This document shows, in pieces, positions 47,201 to 60,300 of a stretch of 64,000 bases of DNA (the first letter of the stretch is position 1; every line of letters starts with the position of its first letter). Where the stretch lies: positions 52,762,001 through 52,826,000 of the forward strand of contig OZ260664.1 in the NCBI GenBank assembly GCA_965285935.1, written 5' to 3'. Under the pieces are notes generated by a model, which had not been told where the DNA came from, searched no databases, and saw only the letters and a program-made list of their open reading frames with translations. Source of the DNA: Ophelia neglecta (taxonomy: Eukaryota). The translations under genes and the position numbers were made by a program.

Positions 47201-49271
47201 ACACAAAGTTATACCTCTAACTATGTGTGTAATGAGCTAACTATCATTAATAAGTACAAATAGTTTGATTTATTTGATTACATCAGAAGCAGTTTTGTTG
47301 CATATAGGTAGTCATTTTTGTAGATTATTGATTCAATTTTTAAGTTTTCTTTATATTCTGAAGTTCATAAATGAATGTATTAAGTTCACAGTATATAACT
47401 TAATACTGATGGCTCCTTCATTTTTAAAATCACATACACACATTAGATATTTTTATTGAGAATCAATAAGTTTTATATATTAAATCCAGATGAGCATAAA
47501 ATAATAGTGCATTTGGTGGATGATTGTGTTTTTTGTGGTATTCTTTTAGATAACTTTTTGGACCTTAGCATTCATACTTTCCCACCCGGAGGTGGCAAGG
47601 GAAGTAAAAGCCGAAGTGAAGAAAGTCCTCGGGTCAAATAGTAAAGGTTATCTGTGATTGGCAGCAAATAACACATTATTTATTATTCAACATGAAATGT
47701 TTGTGGGCATTTTCTTCACAATTACGCCATCCTCGTTCTGATTTTTCAATAAGATACCTGTTTTACACATTTTTTCAGACCTGAAAGATCTCAATGTAAG
47801 CCAAGGTGACCTTCAGCTCATGACCTCTGTTAAGAGATGTATCCTTGAGAGCATACGTTTACGTTCTCCTGGAGTTATTACCAGAGGAGTTAGTAAAGCC
47901 TTTACACTCAAGGTACATATTTGTAGGACTTACTTTGGGACTTAACAAATATTGTCAAACCTTTAACCTAGCTACCCTTAATGGTATCAGATTTGGAGTT
48001 CACATTATTTGCTTCCTTATAATTTTGAGTTTTAGGATATCTGGTTGATATTTATAAGTTGAAAATTACACTATTAATGAATGCATATATTTTGCTGAAT
48101 TCTGGTCCAATCAATCAGTAGGATGTAAATATAGAGTCACAGTATGGTGTCTGGTTAATGTAGACCCAGTAATCAGATTGTGATATTATAACAGGGCTAT
48201 ACAATACCAGCAGGAGACCTGTTGATGTTGTCACCGTACTGGGCACACCGGAATCCAGTACTTTTTCCAGATCCAGAGGCTTTTAAACCAGTAAGCAATG
48301 TCTTTCAATCATTTTTTTTTTTCTCAGAGACTTAGAGGTATTTTTATAAGGGAAATTTTTGGTTTAATGATTACAAAGTTGGAACAGTCTTATAGATTTG
48401 TATGAGTGACAGGTTATTATGACTTGTTCTTTATAGACCAGGTTCCCTACCAACTTTTTTCACTTTGAGTGTTGGCCATGTCAAAGAGCTCCCATAATGT
48501 TGTTATGAACATGACATTGACTTTTCCTAGAAATTGGATGAAAAATGTCGCTTGAAGACCGTTTTCTTTTAGTTACATTTTATTCACCTAACAGTAAAGC
48601 TCTCATGCCGACCAGATTTGCCATTTTTTGATAGTGCAGCCTTTAAGATATCAGACCACCAAATAGAAAAATTCACAAACAAAGTGAATTTGTTTAAAAG
48701 GCCCATTTGTAATAAGAAACATCCTATACTTCAGCCCCTATCTTTTCAGGATCGTTGGAATGCTGCAGACCTTGAGAAAAATATCTTCTTGGATGGCTTT
48801 GTAGCATTTGGAGGAGGAAGATACCAGTGTCCTGGGAGGTATGAGAGTTAATATATTGAAATAGGGTTTGATGGGGTATTAATCTTATTAAATTTAGATA
48901 TCAGATAAAATCTAACTTTTAATCGTTAATGGCATATACTAAGGAGAGAGGATTGACTTAACAAAATGGTGGAATAATGCATGTTTTTCATTAATAGGTG
49001 GTTTGCCTTACTAGAAATTCAAATCATCATAGCCATGATCATGTACAGATTTGATATTGAACTTCTGGATCCTGTGCCAAAACTTGTAAGTATTTTTAGA
49101 ATACGTGTATATATATATTGTACAAATTGTTCTATATATACAAGGATTGCTTGTGCCTACATTTAAATGGTTCTGTATGGTGGCCATTTTGTATTTCAGA
49201 GCCCTCTGCATTTGGTAGGAACTCAGCAGCCGGAGGGTGGCCTCAAGGTTCACTATAAGGTGACCAAGTGA
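44217..49271 (+). CDS. CYP39A1: Cytochrome P450 CYP39A1-like (oxysterol 7-alpha-hydroxylase family, clan 7), 479 aa, 13 exons
   Basis: N-terminal TM anchor, then PPCESGLLPYVGCAIRFGKAPL, YDDQFEYGSQLPE, the clan-7 I-helix NYGLLMMWASLANAIP, ESIR (ExxR), PEAFKPDRW and the heme motif FGGGRYQCPGR. Exons 44217-44423, 45292-45427, 45602-45748, 45889-45983, 46472-46557, 46735-46831, 47094-47189, 47550-47646, 47779-47912, 48195-48290, 48750-48838, 48998-49085, 49200-49271. Confidence 0.9.
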
Positions 49272-52200
49272 AGCCCAGGCTCCTTTCTCAACATGTCCGT
49301 CCCGGTGTTAAGGCATATATTCATCATTAAGGCTTCAATCAATAGATAGTGAGCTCACAGGGCCCTGTTCCCAGGGTGCACTCAAGATAAAAAAGGAGGC
49401 TGTAAGAGAGTTACCATCTTTGAATAATACCCCCTTTCCACTGATTTCTGGTACCAAATTCACCTCTTTTTACGGAAAAGGCTGATTTTTCATCTTAAAA
49501 ACATCCCTTTAAAACATTGAATTTCAAGTGACTTGTTAGGTAAGGGAACAAAATGCTTAATAATTTGATTAGACCAGGCTATTTAGCAAAGAAAAATTAT
49601 AATATGTTATGAAAACAACCATGGACACCTTCTGGCCTCCAACTTGAGTAAATAGTCAAGGTCTTTCCTTTTTATTTCTTAATTATGTGCAAAGCCATAT
49701 TTCATGGACATAATAAAAGTTAACTGTGATAAATTATTTAATATCAGCTACAGCTTTTGTATTTATCCATATAATGAGAAATAAATGAATAAATAATTAT
49801 ATTTACCATTCAAATTAGTATGAATTATATTTTCACAATCTTTGAGAGATTTAAAATAGTACTGTCTTGAGCAACCATTTTTTTCTCAGGTAGAAAGAGT
49901 AAATAGATCTATATGTACTTACAAAGGTGCAAAACCTTAAACATTAGGGGCAGCAAATTAAGATTTTACAGTAGTATGGTTATTAGTATTGGTAAGAACG
50001 GGTATCATGAGGGCACAGACACTGATATAGTTTAATTTATTTAGTATTAAAAAAAGACACAAACTAATAAATTTGGGTACATCATAAATTGTTTAATGAC
50101 ATAGATCAAATTACAAAATGTCATTGAATGTACATTTTACATGGAGTTGAAGCGTGTGACATAGCTTGCTTTCTATACATTAATTTTCCTTGCCTTCTTT
50201 GAATTTTATTACACATACATATTGGGCCTGTCTACTAAGGAATGTGGGTAGAAAATTTGAAATACACAACATGAACTATTTAAGATATTCATAAGAAATG
50301 TGAATTACACAATTAATTGTGAAAATGTAACTGCTATATCTGCATTTAAATCTTGCCTCATAAACCAAGATGATGGACATGGCAAGGGAGGGGTCCAACA
50401 CGCTAATTTATGCGAGAAGCTATAGCATCTAGAACTACTTACCTTCACATATTCTGTATCTGCTTTGCAGATAACCCAATAATAATAATATTTGCACCAA
50501 TCATACTGGCTTTTTTAACCTGAACACCAGCAAGTTCTCTTACAAAATAAATGAAATTGGAAGGGACCACAGGAGCAGGAATTAAAAAATTGTACATTTT
50601 GTCTTTAAGCTTATCAAGCAACATCTGGAAACTGGTTTTAAGTTACAATACCTATAATAAAATGCTACGTTTGGAGACTATCTCTCACAAGATTGGCTTA
50701 ATTTAGACTATTAACATAGTAAGCACATACTATCTGGCACCGGTCAGGATTGAGACAAAACCTCCACTATACACAACGCATGTTCAATGAGAAAGGGCCC
50801 AAGCTAGCTCAACTGAGCCATTCAGAATATACAATACTGTACAGGGAAGATGTAATTAGATTTCAAGGTCTACCTCTCACATTTACCAACATGAGCAGAG
50901 ATTTTTAAAAATAAAAACCAAAGCTGTACCATCTGATATATCAATTAAGATATTTGGGATGGCATAGATTGTTGCCTTTTTTCAGGTATTGACTATGATA
51001 GCTAGGTAGATGAATGAATAGGAAACATGACTTTTACCATAAATCATATCACTCCTTTCCAAAGTGTTTTTTGCAGGAGGTAGAAAACCAAGGTAATACA
51101 CATGAAAATGGGAAAATACACAATTTTAAGACCACCCCTACTGGTTATACAGTTAAAAATCATACTTAGATGTTGACACCTAATGTTTTCAGCTCGCATG
51201 ACACACTTATATTTTAAGTTTAAAAAAAGCAAGAAGATTCCCTTAAATGTAAAGTTTTTCCCTTTTATGCAGCAAGATCTATATCATTGTACATCCACCA
51301 AAAGAAAGTACTCGAAAAACCCTAAACAAATAAACAAAAATTCATTTCAAATAACACACACGGTGGTGTAAGTAAATGTATGTTGGAAAGGGTGTGTGAT
51401 GTGGACTCCAATGGATTATGGGAAAATAAAGCTAATTTCAAAGGAATCTTCTGCCCGGAAGGAAAGGAATAGTCATAAAATGTTGCAAAGTTTGTACAGC
51501 AGGAAACACAGAATACATACTGGTCCTATGGACATCTTAGCATGAAACATACTTAAGCTATATTTGCTATATACGTTTGGCAATTCATCAACTGAGACAT
51601 GTACACCCATCAAAATGATAAAAAAAAACATCAATTCTACATACCAAAGCAAGAAGAGGTTATCACAAGATTGCACCTCAGTAGTAAACCTTTTTTTTAT
51701 AGAAAGTTGGGTGATGTGCTATGACAAGCTTGAATCTTGCGCTTCAGTGCCAAACAGAGCACCAACATTAATGGAAACCTATAAAAGATGTTCTATTTAC
51801 ATGTACAAACACTGACGGCTGTAAAAACAACTTACCTAATAGTAAAAGAAATATGTGATAACATTTCAGATGCCAAAAACAAAATTGGCAAGCAAGCAAG
51901 GACTAGATTTCACATCTGATAGACAAAAGTATAGGCATTAAGATATGCACAGCCTGTTTAAATCATAATGATACATTCTACCATTGCCTGAATAAAATAT
52001 GAAAGCAACCAGAGAAATGAATTACTCTTTCTAAAATAAGTAATTGTTTTCTTTAAAATTTGCCCAGGATAAAACTTCTCCGGGAGCTTCAAGGAAACAC
52101 AAGCTTTAAGGGTCACAATAATCCACTCCTGCCTTCCCTGTTAAGAGACACAGGACATGTTTCTAGGTAACATTATTAAGATGTCTGTGCATATCTTAAC

Positions 52201-54389
52201 CCCTTACCCCACTGCTCTTCACAGTTCTTCATATATACCATGTGATGCACAACATCCAGATCTAGGAAATATGCCATAAAACAGAGTTTTTGTATGAAAT
52301 TCATGCATATTCTTAGAAATAAGTCCTGTATGTTGGCTTATGCGTAGAACTGGAAAGTGGTATTTGGTATATTTTCAGCAATTATAAACAGATAAACTAA
52401 ATCAAGGATTAATAACAAGACCCTTATATACAAAATATATTTGGAAACTGACCGTGGGGTACATCAACAGTATAACATTCACTTGTATATCACGGTGCCT
52501 TCAATAATGGAATATTCATTGTCTGGTATATATTTTTGGTCATTAAATATGAGCTTGACTTTGGAGTGAAGGTACAATTTTAAACTAATTAACAGTACAG
52601 ATTCTGCAGGCAGCTGCCATTAATTTGCATACTCATTTTAATTCAATATAGCTTTTTTTACTCTGGTGGGTTCCACCAACTTCTAGCTGACCATCGACCA
52701 CTACCACAGATGTAAAAAGTTTTCTAAATATTTGTGGCTGCCACTTAGTGTGCTTATAATTTTTCTTAAAATAAACCAATTTAAAATCACATTTTGTAAT
52801 GAACTGCAATATATACAAATATCCATGGCAACAATGGGAAATATCAGCAAACTCAATGAAACTTTTGAATTATAAAAAATTGAAATAATCAATTATATGA
52901 CACTAACAATGTACATTAAGATTTTGCAAAATTCATCCACACCCAATTTAGACAGGTTTCTTAGGATTTCTAACAACTGCTAAACCACATTATGTATTGA
53001 GCTGACCAGTAAGGATAGACATACACATAGCGGTTAGGTGTGTGCTTGCCTTCCCTAGCACTGACTAACATGTTACAGTTACAGGTATGTACGGCAATAA
53101 TAATTTACTAGTCGACATTCAGTACAGTTGCTATGTACTACAGGGCTTCACAGGCCAGCTCAGAAGAACACTATCCAAGTCTCACAAACACATAATAGGA
53201 CACAACTACCAGAGAGCAAGAGAGCTACATACTAGGATACACCAACCGATGTACATACTAACAGCCTGTTGCAAACTGGATCCAAGAGAGTCACATAACT
53301 GGCTATTTACATTATGTACAATCTGTGATCATTGGGAAATGAGCATACGTCAAGAAGTGAGATTATTACATGTTGAATAGCAGATATACAGAAAACGAAG
53401 CACTGAGATCAAGAGGGTTTATGTGGATCATCCCTTTCTCTGAATGGAGACCAGAACAATAGATTCCTCCACCTGGTATTGTCGGCAGGATGAACAGAGA
53501 ACCGAAATGATATATCTGACAATACATGGGTTTGTGATGTGTCAAACAAGCCTTTAAGCATGCCCAAGCATAGGAACAGTCAATGTATTTGATACATGTC
53601 ATTCCCCCATACTCCAGGCTCCCTGCTTTACCCTTCAGTTCACATCATAAGTTACCTTACTATATAATGCCCTTGTAATGATGACACTTTCAGCTCTACC
53701 ATGCTTAGGTTAATACTACAATTTTTACATCAGCTATTGTTACAATGTATTTTTTGATATCCATGCTATTATAAAAGCTGATATCAAAATCTAAACATTC
53801 ACCTTGAGTTCAGTGGTTTTGTCGTTAAGTCCATTTCAAACCTGTGGGTTTCTATATTGCAAGGTATCAGCACACTTTTTTTTAATTAAGTCTAGCAGTA
53901 CAGAATTAAAATGTAAAAAGCAGAAAGGCCAGTGGTTTTTCTCTGTTGATAAAAACCAAGAGGAAGACAAAACTCAATAGAAAGAGAGAAAGAGAATAAT
54001 CCTCTGATTCATACTAAAAATAAAATAAATTCAAACTAGCATTTCCCCCTTCCCTCCCCACCCAATCCATAAATAATTCTAAGATTAGTAGCCTGCCTGC
54101 CTGAGCTTGTTTCTTATTGGTTACAGTTTGTTATCGTTACTAGCCTGTATCCCATGAACAGAGCAGTGAGCAGAATTCTGCCATACCCTCAACCCAGCAT
54201 TACAAACTGCTCATGGGAAGCAGCATCTGGAATCATATAAGCACAATTTTCCATGGTAAAAAAATATTGACAACAGCATAAAATAACAAGTCTGTATCCA
54301 ATACAGCAATGCGAAGTGTACCTTAGAATATACAAGTGCACAAGCAGCTTATATAAGCCTCTATATAGTCTATGTATTGTATCCCGAGC

Positions 54390-57300
54390 TCAGCTGTCTC
54401 CATTTTGCGGATTGCCGTAGAAATTTTCCACCATGAAGTATCGCACATCCTTCTCAGTGACGCTTACCTGAGGAGAGGGTGAGGAAGTGCTGGAAGGCGT
54501 CTGCTCTGCTCGTGACTGCTCGCTGCTCGACTTCTCCGATGATTGTTTGATTGGGGTGGATGTGGTGATGCCATGGTTTGCGTTTAGCACGTCCTGTCTC
54601 ATGTGAGAGAGTCGCTGCAGGGGGGTGTGCCCCGAGGTCATGGTCTGACTGCCTCGCACCGGTGTAAGTCCAGCACTCTCATCAAATGTACTATTCATAT
54701 CAGAGGAAAGACGGAATGCTTCCGAGCCAGGTGTATCTGACAGCCCGCCGTCCGAGGCAGTCACATCCGAGGCCAGAGCATCAGAGGAGGTGGCATCAAT
54801 CGATGATTTACCAATAGAGGCCTCCCGACTGCCAATCAAACTCTCAGAATCACCCATGCTGACTGACGTGTTTGGGCATAGGAACCAATTTGAACGTTTT
54901 TTCATTCGCAGGATTTGACGTCGGCGAACGTTGTCAAACCGGCTTAGGCTTGTGGAAAGATACATACGCTTGGTGCTGGACAGGTTTTCCTGTGTTGGGC
55001 TGCTGCACCCCTGTGGAAACAAAAAAGAAACTTAGAAGAAACATATTAATATCAATATTACTACCAAAATTTAGTCAAGTGATATTCATCATTAAGTTAC
55101 AATGAATATTTGTCCTACTTGCAACTTTTTCTTATGCCTATTGATGTTGGTTAATTATGCTAGATATATCATACACCATGCTTTGGAATTCTTTAATTCC
55201 AGGAGCATCACTTGCCCCCATGTTTGCTTAGCACATTTACATTATTAGTATAATAATCATTTATATTTTGTTTATGTTTGGAGAGGGTAGCCTCACATAC
55301 CGGGACGCCGACCTGATTGACCTCTGGAGCGGAGAGGGAGGAGACGTGAGTCAGTTTTTTGTGGGGGTTGTAGTCCTCGTCATGTGAGTGGGGCTGCAGC
55401 GACTGGGGCGAGGGCGGGGAGGAGGGTGGCAGGCGGATCTCAATGTTAGAGCTCTCCTGAGATGCTCTGGTGTCTGTGCGGGGCCGCCCTGAGCCATAAA
55501 ACTCTTCCTCTGTGATGGCTGTAAACAAGGGGACAGTTAAATGGGAAAAGACTATTAACAAGTAATAATCGAGCTAATACTTGTAGGGTTGTAACACATT
55601 TAATATGATTTTAACATTTACACTCGAAGGGCAAAGATGTTTTGTGGCATATGGTTACCTTCTTGCGAAATTAGGAAAAAAATCTACCTAAATAACTTTA
55701 TCAATGCTTTATTTACAACAGAATGTTGAAATAGATTCATAAAGGTGATAATATTCAGGTTTATATACAGTACCGTATATTCTTTACTATTTCCATAATC
55801 AGTTTTTATTTCATAAAGTACAACTAATATTCAGTGTTGCCCTTTGTTCAAACTTCTCATTAAAAAGAATTGATAGCAAACAAAAAAGTTATCAATGAGA
55901 TAAACCTGTTTCCATCTTTTTGCAATAGATTTGGAAATATAACGCAGGTTTATGGACAATCAAGTTTGCTAATTAAGTTGGCTAATATGGCTTTTCACAT
56001 AATGACATACAATTGTGGTGATCTACAGTGTCATACTTGACACATTCAAATAAACACTAGTCCAAAGTAATTGCGATAATTGAGACAACATAAAATGTAT
56101 AGGGTGTGTCCCTGAATGTTATGGCTGAACATTTATTGATATATCAGTAATCTGATCTAATAGAAGTATACATTAATATTGGTGATTAAAAATAAAAAGA
56201 TACTAGTTTAATCAGACGTAGTAGATAGCTCACCATTCATACGTGTATGAAAACCACGTTTCTTGGCTTCACGTTCCAAATAACATTGATATAACGGGAA
56301 ATACTTCTCCACTACAAGCCATGCAAAAACAAGTAAGTAATCAAACATGCTACATACAAATAAAGGGATAATTCTGTTAGTTCTGACAAACAATATAAAA
56401 TTTACATTTTGGAATAAGACTTCATGTAACATGGGAATGAAAGCAATTTTCAGTCACCTTACACAAGCTTTTGAACTTATTTGTTACCTCTGTATATTCT
56501 GGTACATTCATTGGCCATTGTTTGGAATTAGCTAAATGCAACTGGGTATACTGAAGGAAAACCCAATCTTTACTCTCAAGGTACCAAAGGTGTGTTCAAT
56601 ATGTGTTCTAAGTGCCTAAGATTATGCATAAAAAGTGTCGGGGACCCAATGTAATGGGTTAAAGAACACATTCTAAATGTGTTACTTTTAATAAAAAGCA
56701 TTTTTGTCCTAATGGAGCATGTGAAATGCTAATTACAGATACCAAATATCAATTTATTTGTTTAAGTAATTTGATTAAGGGAGGATTTATATGGCAGACA
56801 TTTTGTCTGTGAGACACTTGCAAGGGCTTAAATAAAAGTTGTGCACAAAATCAGCCATGGTCAAACTTTGTTTAGGGTACATGACAAGTCTATAACTCTG
56901 CAGATTTGTCAATCCGGTCAAGAGCAATCAGCATGGAATGGCAAACAAGGTGGAAAAGACACATCGAGGTCTACATTAATATATCATTGAGCACACAAAT
57001 GAACCTCAAATACCAATAAAACATTACTGAACGATAAAACATATGAGGGATGAAACTGTTATTCTCTTAATGTGTCCAACAGCATACACAAAATACTATA
57101 TAAACTTAAATGAAAAGCATAAAACTGGTGCAAGAACAGTAATGCAAGCTATTAGTATGTTCATTTTACTGTGTATATAAAGTTGCTGGTGATTACATTT
57201 AGGCAAAGCCAATTACAGTGATCTCTGCTATGCAGGGTCAAGCCTAAATCCAAGGAAAAGTGGCCCTGCATTGCAGGTGTCCCTTCATCAGAGGTACTTA

Positions 57301-60300
57301 AACATGTTAAAAATTGGACATGGAATTCAAAAATTGTCCTGCCATTGCAGGTGGCCCTTCATTGGAGGGGCCCTACATTGCAGGGTCCACTGTATCAATA
57401 TATTCACAGACTACATAGACACTGTGGAAAAACTGTTACATGATATTTATATGCTTACGGATGACTTACAAATAGTCTAGCCTAAGTCATAAGAAACAAG
57501 AGCACAAATTTTATTTATTTTTGTTATTTTGCGCTTGATACTTACACGACACTGGGTCAGCATCATCCGGGTACTGGAATTCATAGCGATATTTTTCCTT
57601 CACATTGATCCCTGTCCTCGTCACTTCAGCAAAGTACTTCAGATTTTTCCTCCCAAACATATTAGCTGTGCCATAGTCATCAATTAAAATCTGAAGCACT
57701 CTGACGGCTTTTTCCACCATCTTAGGATCATCAGCACAGGTATGAAAGAGGCTGCCAGCGACACTCTTAGCAACTGCCTCAGACGACATTGTGTTGTATT
57801 CACTGTGGTTGACTATCCTAAACCATGTACCAAACAACAATGCCAGTAACTGTTGAGTCCCATTAGGAAGAGCTGATAAAATGCTGCAAATACATCAAGC
57901 CAACATTACATAAATACAGTAAAAACTGTCATTACAAATTTGTATTGTACATCAGTCAGTGCCTCTTTTCTCATCGGACACATGTTCAGTATATTTTGTT
58001 ATTTATCTGTTGTTAAAAGGGCTAATACAGGTTTTAAGTATTTACCTATGGATTTTGTCATACTGCTGCATTCTGTTATCCAGATGTAGAACCTCCAGTA
58101 ACTGGCATTCTGTGTCTACACCAAACACACCACCCGGAATCTTGAGCAAAAATTTCTGTAAAAATCCCATATGTCAATTTGAATGAAAAATTCATGAAAG
58201 TAAAAAAAATATTTCACCTGACAATACATTCCTATTATATCTTGATATTGTATAAGAGTGCTTCTTTGTCAGTGGTTTCTGGTATGTTGCCTCCAAAGGT
58301 GCAACCAGACCTTTGAATTGATAGCATGTTGAATGTGTAATGTTTCACTTAAAGTACAGTTTTATAACATGGGGTTCTTTACAATAACTACATGAACTAC
58401 TGGCAGGTTTTTTTTTATATAAATCTTTAAATTAAGGCTGGGAACAGTGTGATTGTAGTCTAATGGTCAATGAACCTACCTTTACAACTGAAGCTAGTGT
58501 GTAGAAATTGTAATTGGTGAATAAAACTTCTTTCCCCTCTGTCAACTTCTTCATAATAACCTTCAAGTCAGTTGGGTTCCCAGGCCTTCGAAATAAGTCT
58601 GTTGTGGTAACCCCTTCCTGTGCTATGTACACTATCAAATCCTAGGAAAAGAAAAATAAACAGATCTGACTTTCTGGTGTACCTTTGCAACAGGCATAAG
58701 ACTTGATATATTAAGTAAACTGCATTAACAAAGTTTGTAATAAGATTAAGAATGTAACACAAAATATTTGTGAGTTCTCGACCTGCCACTTTGAATTTAA
58801 AGATGCACCCCATAAATACAAAAGGTACTATAAACCTGCTCTCTGAAATATTTACGCCTGGAGGATGAACAAAACTAAAAATGTTGTCAAGGACCAATGC
58901 CTTCCCCAGCCGACCCCCCAATGTCCCTTACCCCCCCACCCATACACCAACACCACCCTGCATAATTTTAAGGCAGGGGTACCCCCCCCCCCCCCCCTGT
59001 GTAGTGTTGATTGATAATGTCACATACATGTTCTTGTACAGCAAGAACCTTAAACAAACTTACAACTAGGGAAGTGGGAAGAATATCGTCTTTTAAAGCT
59101 TCTGATAGAGGCACTCCAAATTTAACTCTGGAATAAGAGCAAAAAAGGAAATTAATGTAAAATTCTTGCATACAAAACGGGCAATAATCTGCTTCTACCT
59201 GTGTAACAATCCAATAATCTATTGAAAAATTTAATAAAAATAAAATAAACCTATACCAAAAGAACTATGGGAACATTAAATTACTGTTTATACTCCCTAA
59301 CATATATACATGTACTTCAATATAAGGGCCTACACATGTACTTCAATAAAAAGAATCCGGACATATTGTCGGCAATAATTTAGAAACTTTTGAATGAATA
59401 TTTGAGAACCCCTATATTCCAGTTTACACTGGATGCTGTGTTAGTGGTTTAAAAAAAGGAACTGCCATAATTGACACAGAATTGAGGTTACATTATTCAG
59501 GATGTAGTATAAAGTGATGGTATAATTGAAGTGTGTGAGAGCAATGGTTAGGTAAACACTGCATAGTCATTATTTGTATTTATATAAAAGGCAAAGCTCA
59601 ATCTCAACAAATATAGCTTTTATAATAGCATTAAGCTTCTTTTTTATTCACTATCTAAGTGACCTGTTTACAAACAGTAAACTTCTTAGTTCACTTTTAA
59701 TAATATGAATGTCAATGTCATTATAATTTCTAAACCATGGGCTGGTAATTCCAAATAAACACAACACATGTATATTAAAATTTAAAGAATGTAGGATATA
59801 TTTGTTGGTACACAGGTTGATGCATGGTGGTTCATAAATTTATCCAGTCGGATTTTCAGCAAATGTTAGCAAAAAACACTGGAAAAAAAACAGAAGTCTG
59901 TATAGAAATAGCCAAGATTGCACTTTTAACTCTAGGCATTTTTAGGTAAGCAACAACTAATAGCAAAGGCAGAGTAGGAAATTTCATGCACATATTGCAT
60001 AGAGATAACTCTACCGCCGTCGTTTATCCCATTGTTGAGTTCGTTCTGCTGCTATAGAATGACAGACTGGCTGGACAGAACCATCTGACTGAGTAACCAG
60101 TGATGCCTTTTCATCCTCGTAGAGTTCGGTTGAGAGACTTGGCCACTTCCATGTACTCTGATCAGACAGAATGCTGTGGTCAGAAGCAGTGGAGTCTAAG
60201 CACTGAGCAGCAGGGGAGACGACAATCTTAGGTATCGTGAACGGCAATGGCTCAGTTTGATCCATCAGCTCCTGATAAGTGGCAGGCAGAGTATAAAACG

